The notes under the pieces: model-generated
Database searches by the model: none
What the model was told of the DNA's origin: nothing
What the model saw: only the letters and a program-made list of their open reading frames with translations
Program-made: the position numbers and the translations under genes
Assembly: GCA_049967655.1 (NCBI GenBank)
Contig: JBMFSH010000008.1
Span: forward strand, 1-64,000
DNA: 64,000 nucleotides
Direction of reading: 5' to 3'
Source: Acidobacteriota bacterium
Lineage (GTDB): Bacteria; Acidobacteriota; UBA4820; DSQY01
Shown: positions 36,907-48,772 of the stretch, in pieces
Layout: each line of letters begins with the position of its first letter
Position numbering within the stretch: the stretch's first letter is position 1

Positions 36907-38237
36907 GGGCCGCCTCCCTGGCCCTGGTCCTCTGCTCGGGCCTTCTGGCCATGAGGCTTCCAGCCCAGGAGGTGCTCACGCTCCGGAAGGCCTTGGAGCT
37001 GGCGGGCAAGGGATCACTGCCCGCCGTCACCAGCCGGAGCGATGAGGCGGTGGCCCGCGAGCAGACCCTCCAGGTCCGGGGGGCCACCTACTTCCCGGAG
37101 GTCACGCTCCAGGGAGGCTACACCGACCAGAGGGATCAGACGCTCCTGCGCTTCGGCCTCCTGCAGGCGCCCTCCAACCAAAAATCGTATTGGCAGTACG
37201 ATTTTACCGTTCGCCAGCTCCTCTGGGACTTCGGTCGGCGCTCCGAGGCCCTCAAGGCCAGCCGCACCAGTGAGGAGGCGGTGCGCCTTTCGGGGTCCGA
37301 CGCGGTTCGCCGGGCGCAGGTCCAGGTCGTAGAGCGCTACATGTCGGCCATGACGGTCCGCGCCGAAAGAGAGGTTGTGGCGAAGCGGGAGAAGGCCCTC
37401 TCGGACCACCTCAGGATCGTACAGGACCTCTACCAGCAGGGCATGGTGGCCCGCAACGACCTGCTCCGGACCGAGGTCGCCCTGCGCTCGGTGGAAGATT
37501 CGGCGAGGCGCTTGGACGACGCCTACGACACGGCCATGGAGGCGCTGAACGTGGCCATCGGCCTTCCCACGGACACCAAGGAGACCCTTCCGGGTGGCTT
37601 CGCTCCTCCGCCCGAACTGCCCTGGACCATGGACCGCGCCCGTAGCATCAGCGTGAGCAACAACGGGACGGTGAAGGCCTTGAGAGCCCGGTGCCAGGCG
37701 CTCGAAGAACAACTCACCTTTCGCCGTAGGGACTACTACCCCAGCTTGGTGGCGCAGTACGACAACGCCTACCAGCAGAATGAGTATCTCGTCTATCCGC
37801 ACGTGCAGTCGCTGTTCGTCGGCCTCTCCTGGAACATCTTCGACGGAGGCGTCCGGGCCGCCAAGATCCGCGAGAGCCAAGCCGACCTGGATCGCGCCCG
37901 CCGGGAGCTCACGGAGGCGGAACGGACCGCCCAGCTTGCCGCCAACCAGGCCTACCGGGACTTCGTGGAGGCCCTCAGGGAGCGGAAGACCGCCGAACTC
38001 AACGTCCAGTCCTCGAAGGAGAACTTCCGGATCGTTGAAGACCAGTACAAGGCAGGCCTGGCACGCACCACGGACGTCTTGGATGCCGAATCGGTGCTCG
38101 CCCAGAGCCGCTCCGAACTCGTTCAAAAAACCTATCAGGCCTATACCAAGCAGGCGGCTCTCCTGGCCGCCATGGGGGAGGACCTCCCCGGCTTCTACAG
38201 CCGGCAGGGGGAGCCGGTCGCCGCGGAGGAGAAGTAG
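36903..38237 (+). CDS. TolC-family outer membrane factor
   Basis: Signal peptide, QLLWDFG, LSWNIFDGG, YKAGLARTTDVLDA; GTGA coupling. Confidence 0.88.
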   Translation: MRAASLALVLCSGLLAMRLPAQEVLTLRKALELAGKGSLPAVTSRSDEAVAREQTLQVRGATYFPEVTLQGGYTDQRDQTLLRFGLLQAPSNQKSYWQYDFTVRQLLWDFGRRSEALKASRTSEEAVRLSGSDAVRRAQVQVVERYMSAMTVRAEREVVAKREKALSDHLRIVQDLYQQGMVARNDLLRTEVALRSVEDSARRLDDAYDTAMEALNVAIGLPTDTKETLPGGFAPPPELPWTMDRARSISVSNNGTVKALRARCQALEEQLTFRRRDYYPSLVAQYDNAYQQNEYLVYPHVQSLFVGLSWNIFDGGVRAAKIRESQADLDRARRELTEAERTAQLAANQAYRDFVEALRERKTAELNVQSSKENFRIVEDQYKAGLARTTDVLDAESVLAQSRSELVQKTYQAYTKQAALLAAMGEDLPGFYSRQGEPVAAEEK

Positions 38238-38239
38238 CC

Positions 38240-39238
38240 ATGGCCGTGAAAAAGAAATGGGTGGCATTGGGTATTCTGTTGGGGCTGGCCGTGGCGGGAG
38301 GCATCGTGGGCTACCTCCGCTGGAAGCACGGCCAGATCTTCGTGAGCACCGAGGACGCCTACGTGGGGGGACGGATCTTCACCGTGGCGCCGCAGATCCC
38401 CGGCAAAATCCTCACCCTGCCCATCGACGAAAACATGCTCGTCCAAAAGGGCCAGGTGATGGCCACCATCGATCCGAAGGACTATGACGCCGCCGTGGCC
38501 CAGGCCAGTGCCAATCTGTCCGAAGCTCAGGCGGCCGTGGCCACCAACCTCGCGGCTATCGCTCAGGCCAAGGCCCAGGTTCTGGCCTACGAGAGCCAGC
38601 TCCGCCTGGCCAAGATTGACCTGGGCCGCATCCAGACCCTCTACGAGCGCCAATCCATTCCCAAGCAGAACTACGACGACGTCGTCACCCGCGAGGAGGT
38701 GGCCCAGGCCCAGCTCAAGGCGGCCCAGAAGACCGTCGCCCAGGCGGAGGCGGCCTTGGGCGTCTCGCAGGAGCGCATCAAGGTGGCCCAGGCAGCTCTG
38801 ACCCAGGCCCAGCTCCAGCGCTCTTACTGCACCATCACCTCTCCCGTAACCGGCTACATCAGCCGCAAGCTGACGCAGGTGGGCCAGGTTCTCGCTGCCG
38901 GCCAGCCCCTCTGCGCCGTGGTCTCCCTCTCCTTGAACGACATCTGGGTGGAGGCCAACTACAAAGAGACCCAGCTCGGGAACGTCCGCGTCGGTCAGCC
39001 CGTCAAGATCTGGGCCGACATCGACAAGGACCGCACCTACCGGGGAACGGTGGAAGGCATCAGCGCGGGAACGGGCGCGGTCTTCTCGCTGCTTCCCCCC
39101 GAAAACGCAACGGGCAACTGGGTCAAGGTGGTTCAGCGAGTGCCCGTCCGAATCAAGATCGACCCCGCGAGCGACCCAAACCACGAGCTGAGGCTAGGGC
39201 TGTCCGTAACCTGCGAGATCGATACCCGAAAACACTAG
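38240..39238 (+). CDS. emrA: EmrA/HlyD-family periplasmic adaptor
   Basis: STEDAYV, WVEANYKETQL, FSLLPPENATGNWVKVVQRVPVRI. Confidence 0.92.
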   Translation: MAVKKKWVALGILLGLAVAGGIVGYLRWKHGQIFVSTEDAYVGGRIFTVAPQIPGKILTLPIDENMLVQKGQVMATIDPKDYDAAVAQASANLSEAQAAVATNLAAIAQAKAQVLAYESQLRLAKIDLGRIQTLYERQSIPKQNYDDVVTREEVAQAQLKAAQKTVAQAEAALGVSQERIKVAQAALTQAQLQRSYCTITSPVTGYISRKLTQVGQVLAAGQPLCAVVSLSLNDIWVEANYKETQLGNVRVGQPVKIWADIDKDRTYRGTVEGISAGTGAVFSLLPPENATGNWVKVVQRVPVRIKIDPASDPNHELRLGLSVTCEIDTRKH

Positions 39239-39333
39239 CCTGAAAGCGGGAACCGTTATGCGATCCCGCATCCGTCGTCATGGGGTACCTGGGGGGAATC
39301 CATGGCTCAAAAGGTTAACGTTGGGGGTGTGCC

Positions 39334-40911
39334 TTGAGCCTCGAGAGTGATGTTGGGGCTGGGCTTGCCAGCGGCAACCACTTGGAGAAGTGGATCATCG
39401 CGGTGACCACCAGTCTGGGCACCTTCATGGAGGTGCTCGATACCTCCGTCGCCAACGTCGCCCTCCCCCACATGGCGGGGACCTACGCCGTCGGCACGGA
39501 CGAGATCACGTGGGTGATCACCTCCTACCTCGTGGCCAACGCCGTGATCCTGCCCCTCACCGGCTGGCTGGGCTCCTACTTCAGCCGCAAGCGGGTCTAT
39601 CTGCTGTGTCTCGCCCTCTTCACCGCCGCTTCGTACGGATCGGGCATGGCCCCCACCCTCTGGTTTCTCATCCTGATGCGGGTCATTCAGGGGCTCGCGG
39701 GGGGGGCTATGGTGCCCATGTCCCAGGCCATCCTCCTGGAGACCTTCCCCAAGGAGGAGCACGGCAAGGCGACGGCCATCTTCGGCCTGGGAGCAGTCTT
39801 CGCTCCCGTCCTGGGGCCGCTCGTGGGCGGATGGATCACCGACCACTGGTCGTGGCCGTGGATCTTCTTCATCAACATCCCCATCGGTGCACTGGCCATC
39901 CTCTTGGCCCTTCTCTTCATCACGGATCCGCCCTACCTGAAGCGGGCGGAAGGGCGCGTGGATTACGCGAGCTTCCTCTTTGTCGCCGTCGGGCTGGGAA
40001 GCCTCGAAGTCATGCTCAACAGGGGGGAGCGCTTCGACTGGTTCGCCTCCAATTTCATCAAGTTTTTCGCGGGGCTGGCCGTCCTGGGGCTCGCCCTTTT
40101 CGTGTGGCGCTCCCTGACCGCCGAGAACCCCCTGGTGGATCTCTCCCTCTTCAAGGACAGACAGTTCTCGGCCAGTCTCGCCCTCATGTTCGCCGCCGGA
40201 TTCGCCCTGTACGGCGTCTTCACCTTCCTCCCGCTGTTCGTTCAAAACCTCATGGGCTACACGGCCACCTGGGCGGGAGTCATCCTTTCACCCGGCGGCA
40301 TCGGAACGATCGTGACCATGGCCCTTTCCGCCGTCCTCGTGGGCAAGGTGGACACCCGCGTGCTGGTGGGGATCGGCCTCGCGGTCCAGGGCTGGGCCTG
40401 CTTTCTCCTCGCCGGCTCCACCTTGCAGGCGGGTCTCGCCCATTTCTGGATGGCGCTCTTCATCCAGGGGCTGGGGATGGGGCTATTCTTCGTGCCGCTC
40501 GGGGTAGCCATGGCGCAGGATGTTCCTCCGGCGAAGATGGGGACCGCCACCGCCCTCTTCAATCTGATGCGCAACGAGGGCGGCTCCATCGGCGTCGCCC
40601 TCTCCACGACGCTGCTCTCCCAGCGGGCCCAGTTTCATAACGCACGGCTGGCGGAGCACGCCAGCGCATTCAACCCACTGTGGCGCGAAGCCGAGTTCTC
40701 CGCCCGAGCGGTGCTGTTCCCCACCGCCGGTCAGGACCCACATTCCATGAACCAGCTCGCCAACGGTCTTCTCGGAGCGCAGGTAACGCAGCAGGCCTAT
40801 CTCCTGTCCTACCTGGACGTCTTCGCCTATCTCGGAGGGGTGTTTACCGTCATCCTTCTCCTGGTCCCCTTGTTGAGAGGCCGAAGCACGGGGCCCCTCT
40901 CCCTTCACTGA
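39334..40911 (+). CDS. emrB: DHA2 MFS multidrug efflux permease (EmrB/QacA), paralog 1
   Basis: FMEVLDTSVANVALPHM, WVITSYLVANA, WIFFINIPIG, RNEGGSIG; TTG start uncertain. Confidence 0.9.
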   Translation: MSLESDVGAGLASGNHLEKWIIAVTTSLGTFMEVLDTSVANVALPHMAGTYAVGTDEITWVITSYLVANAVILPLTGWLGSYFSRKRVYLLCLALFTAASYGSGMAPTLWFLILMRVIQGLAGGAMVPMSQAILLETFPKEEHGKATAIFGLGAVFAPVLGPLVGGWITDHWSWPWIFFINIPIGALAILLALLFITDPPYLKRAEGRVDYASFLFVAVGLGSLEVMLNRGERFDWFASNFIKFFAGLAVLGLALFVWRSLTAENPLVDLSLFKDRQFSASLALMFAAGFALYGVFTFLPLFVQNLMGYTATWAGVILSPGGIGTIVTMALSAVLVGKVDTRVLVGIGLAVQGWACFLLAGSTLQAGLAHFWMALFIQGLGMGLFFVPLGVAMAQDVPPAKMGTATALFNLMRNEGGSIGVALSTTLLSQRAQFHNARLAEHASAFNPLWREAEFSARAVLFPTAGQDPHSMNQLANGLLGAQVTQQAYLLSYLDVFAYLGGVFTVILLLVPLLRGRSTGPLSLH

Positions 40912-40936
40912 ATCCCGACTCTAGGGAAGGCTGTGC

Positions 40937-42481
40937 TTGGAGAATTCTTCTAAGACCTCCAACAAATGGCTGATCGCCATGGCCACGCTGCTTGGCCCCC
41001 TGATGCAGAACATCGACACGGCCGTGGCCAACGTGGCGCTGCCGCACATGGCGGGGACCTTCTCGGTGGGGGTGGACGAGATCGCCTGGGTCCTGACGGC
41101 CTACCTGGTCGCCAACGCGGTCATCCTGCCCATGACGGGCTTCCTGGGGATGCGCTTCGGACGAAAGCGCTTCTACCTCTCCTGCCTGGTCCTCTTCATA
41201 GTGGCTTCCCTGGGCTCCGGCCTGGCCCCCTCCCTGGCCTTCCTGATCGTGATGCGCGTCCTTCAGGGCCTCGCGGGGGGGGCCATGGTCCCCATGTGCC
41301 AGGCCATCCTTCTGGAGACCTTCCCCAAGGAAGAGCACGGCAAGGCCATGGCCTTCTTCGGGGCCGGCCAGATCGTGGGCCCCCTGATCGGCCCCGTGCT
41401 CGGCGGATACCTCACCGACACCTACACCTGGCCGTGGGTCTTCTACGTCAACGTCCCGGTGGGCCTGATGGCCCTCGTGCTGGGCTTCTTCTTCATCCAC
41501 GACCCTCCTTACATCAAGAAGCCCGAGGGCCGGGTGGACTACTGGAGCTTCCTCTTCATCACCGTGGGCGTGGGAAGCCTGGAGGTGGTGCTCAGCCGGG
41601 GCGAGCGCTACGACTGGCTGGACAGCTCTTTCATCAAGATCTTCGCCTTCTGCGCGCTCGTGGGGCTCGCCCTCTTCGTCTGGCGCTCCCTCACGGCCGA
41701 AAAGCCCCTGGTCAATTTCGCGTTTTTCAGGAAGAAGGAGTTCACCGCGGGGGCGCTCCTCATGTTCACCTGGGGATTCGGCCTTTACGGCGCCATGGTC
41801 ACGATCCCCCTCTTCGTCCAGGAGCTGCTCGGGTACAACGCCACGTGGGCCGGCATGATCCTCTCCGTCGGCGGCCTATCGGCCCTGGCCGCCATGCCCA
41901 TCGTCGGGCGCCTCACGGGGAAGGTGGATACCCGCGTGCTCGTCTTTGCCGGGCTGGCCATGAATGTCTTCTCCATGACCTTGTACCGGCAGGTCTACCT
42001 CGGCATCGACTTCCCCTACCTCGCCACCGCCCGCCTCTTTCAAAGCTTCGGGCAGGCCTTCGTCTCCATCCCCCTTCTCGTGGCGGCCTTCGCCCGCATC
42101 CGGCCCGAGGAGACAGGGCAGGCCACGGGCCTCTACAACCTGATGCGCAACGAAGGGGGATCGGTGGGGATCGCCCTGGCCAACACGGTGCTGGCGAGGC
42201 GCGCCCAGTTCCACCAGGCCAACCTCGTGGGGCACCTAAATCCGTTCAACCCGGCCTACCGGGCGGCGCTCTCAGGCATTGAGCAGGGGCTGCGCCCGGC
42301 GACGGGGGTGGACCCAACCACCCTTCACCTCATGGCGGTCCATCTCCTGGGTCTCCAGTTGGAGCGCCAGGCGAACCTCATGGCCTTCGTGGATGTGTTT
42401 CAGATGCTGCTGGTCCTCTTCCTGGTCCTTTCGCCCCTCGTGCTGCTCCTCAAGAAACCGCGGGACGCACGTCCGGCCTAG
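40937..42481 (+). CDS. emrB: DHA2 MFS multidrug efflux permease (EmrB/QacA), paralog 2
   Basis: IDTAVANVALPHM, WVFYVNVPVG, RNEGGSVG; TM1 reads MQNID rather than MEV(L/I)D. Confidence 0.9.
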   Translation: MENSSKTSNKWLIAMATLLGPLMQNIDTAVANVALPHMAGTFSVGVDEIAWVLTAYLVANAVILPMTGFLGMRFGRKRFYLSCLVLFIVASLGSGLAPSLAFLIVMRVLQGLAGGAMVPMCQAILLETFPKEEHGKAMAFFGAGQIVGPLIGPVLGGYLTDTYTWPWVFYVNVPVGLMALVLGFFFIHDPPYIKKPEGRVDYWSFLFITVGVGSLEVVLSRGERYDWLDSSFIKIFAFCALVGLALFVWRSLTAEKPLVNFAFFRKKEFTAGALLMFTWGFGLYGAMVTIPLFVQELLGYNATWAGMILSVGGLSALAAMPIVGRLTGKVDTRVLVFAGLAMNVFSMTLYRQVYLGIDFPYLATARLFQSFGQAFVSIPLLVAAFARIRPEETGQATGLYNLMRNEGGSVGIALANTVLARRAQFHQANLVGHLNPFNPAYRAALSGIEQGLRPATGVDPTTLHLMAVHLLGLQLERQANLMAFVDVFQMLLVLFLVLSPLVLLLKKPRDARPA

Positions 42482-42504
42482 GATCGGGGGAACCGTCCAC
42501 GACC

Positions 42505-44436
<1,932 letters not shown>

Positions 44437-44599
44437 GGCGCACCTTTCACTCGGCCTCCCCAGGCCGCACCGAGAACCCTGGTCTCTCGCAATGCTTCTT
44501 CATACAGTAAACTCTTCCGGCTTGCAAGGAAAGCACCCGCCCCCGCGCCTCCACGACTCCTCGCTTCTGGCCCCCTGCCCTTGGTTCCCGGCCTCTCAT

Positions 44600-44629
44600 T
44601 TGACAGCCTTCGACCTCCCTGTGTACCTT
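44600..44629 (+). promoter_or_regulatory. Putative sigma70 promoter of the third emrB
   Basis: TTGACA-N18-TACCTT. Confidence 0.5.
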
Positions 44630-44669
44630 ACGCAAGGACCGGCGGGACCCGCCGGGCCAAGGAGACGAC

Positions 44670-46211
44670 GTGAAGACTTCCAACAAGTACCTGATCGCCG
44701 TGACGGCCATGCTCGGCACCCTCATGGAGGTGATCGACACCTCCGTGGCCAACGTGGCCCTCCCGCACATGGCCGGCACCTACTCGGCGGGAGTGGACGA
44801 GGTCACGTGGGTCATCACGAGCTACCTCGTGGCCAACGCCGTGGTCCTGCCCATCACGGGCTTTCTGGGAAACTACTTCGGCCGCAAGCGCTTCTTCCTC
44901 TCCTGCCTCGTGCTTTTCAGCGTCGCCTCATTCGGCTCCGGAGCCGCTCCCACCCTTTGGTTCTTGATCATCATGCGGGTCATCCAGGGTTTCGCGGGCG
45001 GGGCCATGGTGCCCATGTCCCAGGCCATCCTCCTGGAATCTTTCCCCAAGGAGGAGCACGGCAAGGCCATGGCGCTTTTCAGCGTGGGGGTCATCTTCGG
45101 CCCCATCATCGGTCCCGCCCTGGGAGGCTGGATCACCGACAACTGGACCTGGCCCTGGATCTTTTTCATCAACATCCCGCTGGGCCTCGTGGCGCTCGTG
45201 CTGGGCTACTTCTTCATCGAAGATCCTTCCTACATGAAGCGGCCCGAGGGCCGGGTGGACTACTGGAGCTTCCTCTTCATCGCCATGGGGCTCGGCAGCC
45301 TGGAGGTGATGCTCAACCGCGGGGACCGCTACGACTGGTTCCACAGCAACTTCATTAAAGCCTTCGCCGTCTCCGCCGCCCTGGGCATCGCCCTCTTCCT
45401 CTGGCGTTCCTTAACGGCCGAGAACCCCCTGGTGGATCTTTCCATCATGAAGAACCGCGAGTACGCCACCGGCACGACCCTCATGTTCCTCCTGGGATTC
45501 GGTCTCTACGGCTCCTTCGTGGCCCTCCCCCTCTTCGCCCAGGATCTCTTGGGCTACACGGCCACCTGGGCCGGGCTCGTCCTCTCCCCGGGAGGCATCG
45601 CATCCCTCGTGGCGGTGTTCTTCGTGGGCAACCTCATGGGCAAGATCGACACCCGCCTCATGGTGACGGTGGGAGTGCTGCTGAATATCGTGTCCATGGC
45701 CCTGCTCGTCTCGGTGGACCTGCACGTGAGCTTTTCCTACCTGATGTGGACGCGATGTCTCCAGGGCTTCGGCATGGGCTGCCTCTTCGTGCCCGTAGCC
45801 GTCTCCTCCTACTCGCGGATTCCCCCCGAAAAAACGGGCCAGGCCACGGGCCTGTTCAACCTCCTGCGCAACGAGGGGGGCTCCGTGGGCATCGCGCTCA
45901 CCACCACCGTCCTCAGCCACCGCTCGCAGTTCCACCAGGAGCGGCTCGTGGAGCACCTCACCCCCTTCAACCCCGCCTACCGGGAGACGCTGGCACAGAC
46001 CGCGCACGGCCTGTTCGCCACGGCGGGGCTCGATCCCTCCACCATGAAGCAGCTCTCCATCGGCCTCCTGTACGGCCAGGTCCAGCGCCAGGCGGCCGTG
46101 ATGGCCTTCGTGGACGTCTTCTGGATGCTGATGTTGATCTTCGCCGCCATCCTGCCTCTCATCTTCCTGCTCCGGGGGAAGGCGGGCGGCCAGGCGGCCG
46201 GGATTCACTGA
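44670..46211 (+). CDS. emrB: DHA2 MFS multidrug efflux permease (EmrB/QacA), paralog 3
   Basis: LMEVIDTSVANVALPHM, WIFFINIPLG, RNEGGSVG; AAGGAG RBS with GTG start. Confidence 0.9.
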   Translation: MKTSNKYLIAVTAMLGTLMEVIDTSVANVALPHMAGTYSAGVDEVTWVITSYLVANAVVLPITGFLGNYFGRKRFFLSCLVLFSVASFGSGAAPTLWFLIIMRVIQGFAGGAMVPMSQAILLESFPKEEHGKAMALFSVGVIFGPIIGPALGGWITDNWTWPWIFFINIPLGLVALVLGYFFIEDPSYMKRPEGRVDYWSFLFIAMGLGSLEVMLNRGDRYDWFHSNFIKAFAVSAALGIALFLWRSLTAENPLVDLSIMKNREYATGTTLMFLLGFGLYGSFVALPLFAQDLLGYTATWAGLVLSPGGIASLVAVFFVGNLMGKIDTRLMVTVGVLLNIVSMALLVSVDLHVSFSYLMWTRCLQGFGMGCLFVPVAVSSYSRIPPEKTGQATGLFNLLRNEGGSVGIALTTTVLSHRSQFHQERLVEHLTPFNPAYRETLAQTAHGLFATAGLDPSTMKQLSIGLLYGQVQRQAAVMAFVDVFWMLMLIFAAILPLIFLLRGKAGGQAAGIH

Positions 46212-46287
46212 GGCTTTCCACGGGGAACCTCCCGTCCGCCCGTCTCCCGATCGGAAGGGGTGCCCGTTTCATCCGCGCCTGAGGACG

Positions 46288-46313
46288 AAAGGGCCCGCCG
46301 CGAGGGCGGGCCC
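46288..46313 (-). terminator. Terminator hairpin between convergent emrB3 and gap
   Basis: GGGCCCGCC-N5-GGCGGGCCC with TTT on the minus strand. Confidence 0.6.
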
Positions 46314-46341
46314 GATGGATCGCTGGGTCCATGCGGCCGAT

Positions 46342-47412
46342 TCACGGTTGCTGGGCCGGGAGCGCCTTCTTGCCGGAGCGCAACAGATCCTTGACGATGC
46401 CGAGGGTGGCGTTGGTGGTTTCGATGGACTTGGCCCCGACCTTCTCCAGGCCCGTGAGCGCCCGGATCGCGTCCACGTTCTCGGGGACCACGATGGACAT
46501 GTTGTGGACCTGGTAGAAGAGGTAGAGCTCCACCCCGTCCACCGCCAGGATGTCCTCCCAGACCACCACCTCCCACATGTCGCCGCGGGAGCGGCCCAGA
46601 TCGTGGACCAGCTCCACGTTGCAGTTCAAGGCGGTGATGCCGTCGGAGGCGCGCACGAAGGCGATGCGGGGGGTCTTCCAGAGGACCTCCAGGACCTCCT
46701 CCCGGCTCGCCGGCCGGGTCATCTCGATCTGCCAGACGTGGGCGTGGCTGATGGTCTGCGGAGTCAGGATGGCCATGGTGGTGATGTTCAGGTCCGGCAC
46801 GATGGTCTTGGCGTCGGGCGCCTGGTGGCTGGGCACGTGCAGCTCCGGCACGATGGTGTTCATGATGCCCGTCTGGTGAGTGTTCCAAGGATCCACGGCG
46901 CGTCGGGCCAGGGTCCCCCACCCCTTCTTCACGAGACCGGCCTTGTGCAGAGCCCCCAGGGTGCGGACGATGGAGGTGGTGTTGCAAGAGACTACTCGCG
47001 TGGAGTTGAGACCCAGGGCGCTCTCGTAGTTGGCCTGGGCCACGAAGGAGTGGCCCGTCAGGGAGTGCTTCTCGGCGCCCTGGAAGATGGACTTGATGCC
47101 CAGTCCGTCGTAGAGGACCTTGTTCTTGGAAGCCACGGCTCTCGGTGTGCAGTCCACCACCACGTCCACCTGCTTCAGCAGGTCGGGAAGGGTCCCGTGG
47201 ACGTGGACGCCCGTCTCCCTCATGGTGGACCAAGCCTCCTCGGTCATGGCGTAGACCGGGATACCGTGGACCTCCGCCACCTGAACGCGGTAGTCCCCCA
47301 CCACATCGGAAACGCCCACCAGCTCCATGTCGGGCTGGAGCCGCACCGCGTCCGCCACCCTCTTCCCGATGACCCCGTAGCCATTCACCGCCACGCGCGC
47401 TTTTCTATCCAT
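46342..47412 (-). CDS. gap: Type II (archaeal-type) phosphorylating glyceraldehyde-3-phosphate dehydrogenase
   Basis: VAVNGYGVIGKRVADAV..QPDMELVGV, VVDCTP, FQGAEK, RVVSCNTT, VPSHQAPD, SIVVPENVDAIRA are class II signatures. Confidence 0.88.
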   Translation of the reverse strand: MDRKARVAVNGYGVIGKRVADAVRLQPDMELVGVSDVVGDYRVQVAEVHGIPVYAMTEEAWSTMRETGVHVHGTLPDLLKQVDVVVDCTPRAVASKNKVLYDGLGIKSIFQGAEKHSLTGHSFVAQANYESALGLNSTRVVSCNTTSIVRTLGALHKAGLVKKGWGTLARRAVDPWNTHQTGIMNTIVPELHVPSHQAPDAKTIVPDLNITTMAILTPQTISHAHVWQIEMTRPASREEVLEVLWKTPRIAFVRASDGITALNCNVELVHDLGRSRGDMWEVVVWEDILAVDGVELYLFYQVHNMSIVVPENVDAIRALTGLEKVGAKSIETTNATLGIVKDLLRSGKKALPAQQP

Positions 47413-47474
47413 CCCGGATTCCCCTTACAATCCTTTTGCCTTCATAACCCCTTGGAACACGCCGGAGGCGGCCC

Positions 47475-47858
47475 TCAGCCGCGGTTGTACACGTCCTCTA
47501 CCCGAACGATGTCCCGTTCGTCGGGATCGCCGAACCAAAACTCCAGAAAGCGGGCGGGCGCCCGGCCCACCCCGCTGGCGCGGTGCAGAACCCCGCACGC
47601 GACCCAGATCTCCTCACCGGGTTCAGGGCGCCAGACCCTCTCGCCCAGAGTCACCTCGAGGCCCTCGTCCAAGACCACCCAGTATTCGCTCCGCCGCTGG
47701 TGGTACTGCAGGGAGAGCACCCCTCCCGGCTCGAGGGTCAGGATCTTGATGCCCTCCACCTCGTCCTTCGGGTAGCGCCGGAAACGGCCCCAAGGACGGG
47801 TCTCTTCCAGGATCCCCCCGCGGAATTCTTCCGGGGTTACCTGCTCCTCTCTAGGCAT
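47475..47858 (-). CDS. Stand-alone mannose-6-phosphate isomerase type II C-terminal cupin
   Basis: RPWG, LSLQYHQRRSEYWVV, DIVRVEDVYNR; GGGAGG RBS. Confidence 0.82.
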   Translation of the reverse strand: MPREEQVTPEEFRGGILEETRPWGRFRRYPKDEVEGIKILTLEPGGVLSLQYHQRRSEYWVVLDEGLEVTLGERVWRPEPGEEIWVACGVLHRASGVGRAPARFLEFWFGDPDERDIVRVEDVYNRG

Positions 47859-47995
47859 GCCACATCCTCCCGCGAAGCCGCAAAAAACCCCGCTCTGAGT
47901 GGCGGAGGGGCTATTGTAATCGCAGGCGGCGGTTGAAGGCAAAACCCATTCAACCCCGCCGTGAAAGCGGGTATACTCCCACTCCGGGAGGGATC

Positions 47996-48772
47996 ATGGG
48001 AGTCGGGCCTTACACCGTCCGGTCCAACGTGCGCCGGGGGCTCTATGCGACGCTTACCGTGGAGGGGCGCGTGGAGCCGAGCGCGCCCGGCCAGTTCTAC
48101 ATGGTCCGCGGCGACTGGGGGTCCGATCCGCTCCTGGCACGGCCCCTTTCCATCCTGAGCGACGATTCCTCTCGAGGCATCCTCCGCTTCCTTCTCAAGG
48201 TCTTCGGAGAGGGCAGCCGCCGCCTGCATGCGCTGGAGCCCGGGCAGAAGGTCCACGCCCTCGGGCCGCTGGGCCGCCCCTTTCCTCGCGGCGCGTCTGA
48301 CGGAGGGGGCAAGCCGGCCTTTGTGGGAGGCGGCGTCGGCGTACCGCCGCTGGTCTACCTGGCCGAAGCCTTTGCGCGGGAGGGAAGGCCCTTCACCTTC
48401 CTCCAGGGCGCTCGGACGAGGGATGACCTGGTCTGCCTGGAGGAGCTGGCCGCACTGGGCGTGCAACCGGAAGTGACTACCGAGGACGGGAGCGAGGGAG
48501 AGAAGGGCCTCGTCACGGCATCCCTGAAAAGAGCCATCGAAAGGGGCGCCCCCGCCGTCTACGCCTGCGGCCCCGAGGGGATGCTCAAGGCGGTGGCCGC
48601 TCTCTGCCGGGGGCGGGTTCCCTCCTACCTGAGCCTGGAAGCGCGCATGGGCTGCGGCTACGGCGTCTGCCTGGGCTGCGTTGTGCCCGTGGTCCGGGAC
48701 GGCGTGCGGAGCTACGAGCGCGTCTGCCAGGAGGGTCCGGTCTTCGAAGGGGAGGTGGTGGAATGGCCGTAG
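47996..48772 (+). CDS. pyrK: Dihydroorotate dehydrogenase electron transfer subunit
   Basis: PGQF, RPLSI, GGGVGVPP, ACGPEGM, MGCGYGVCLGC..VCQEGPVF. Confidence 0.92.
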   Translation: MGVGPYTVRSNVRRGLYATLTVEGRVEPSAPGQFYMVRGDWGSDPLLARPLSILSDDSSRGILRFLLKVFGEGSRRLHALEPGQKVHALGPLGRPFPRGASDGGGKPAFVGGGVGVPPLVYLAEAFAREGRPFTFLQGARTRDDLVCLEELAALGVQPEVTTEDGSEGEKGLVTASLKRAIERGAPAVYACGPEGMLKAVAALCRGRVPSYLSLEARMGCGYGVCLGCVVPVVRDGVRSYERVCQEGPVFEGEVVEWP

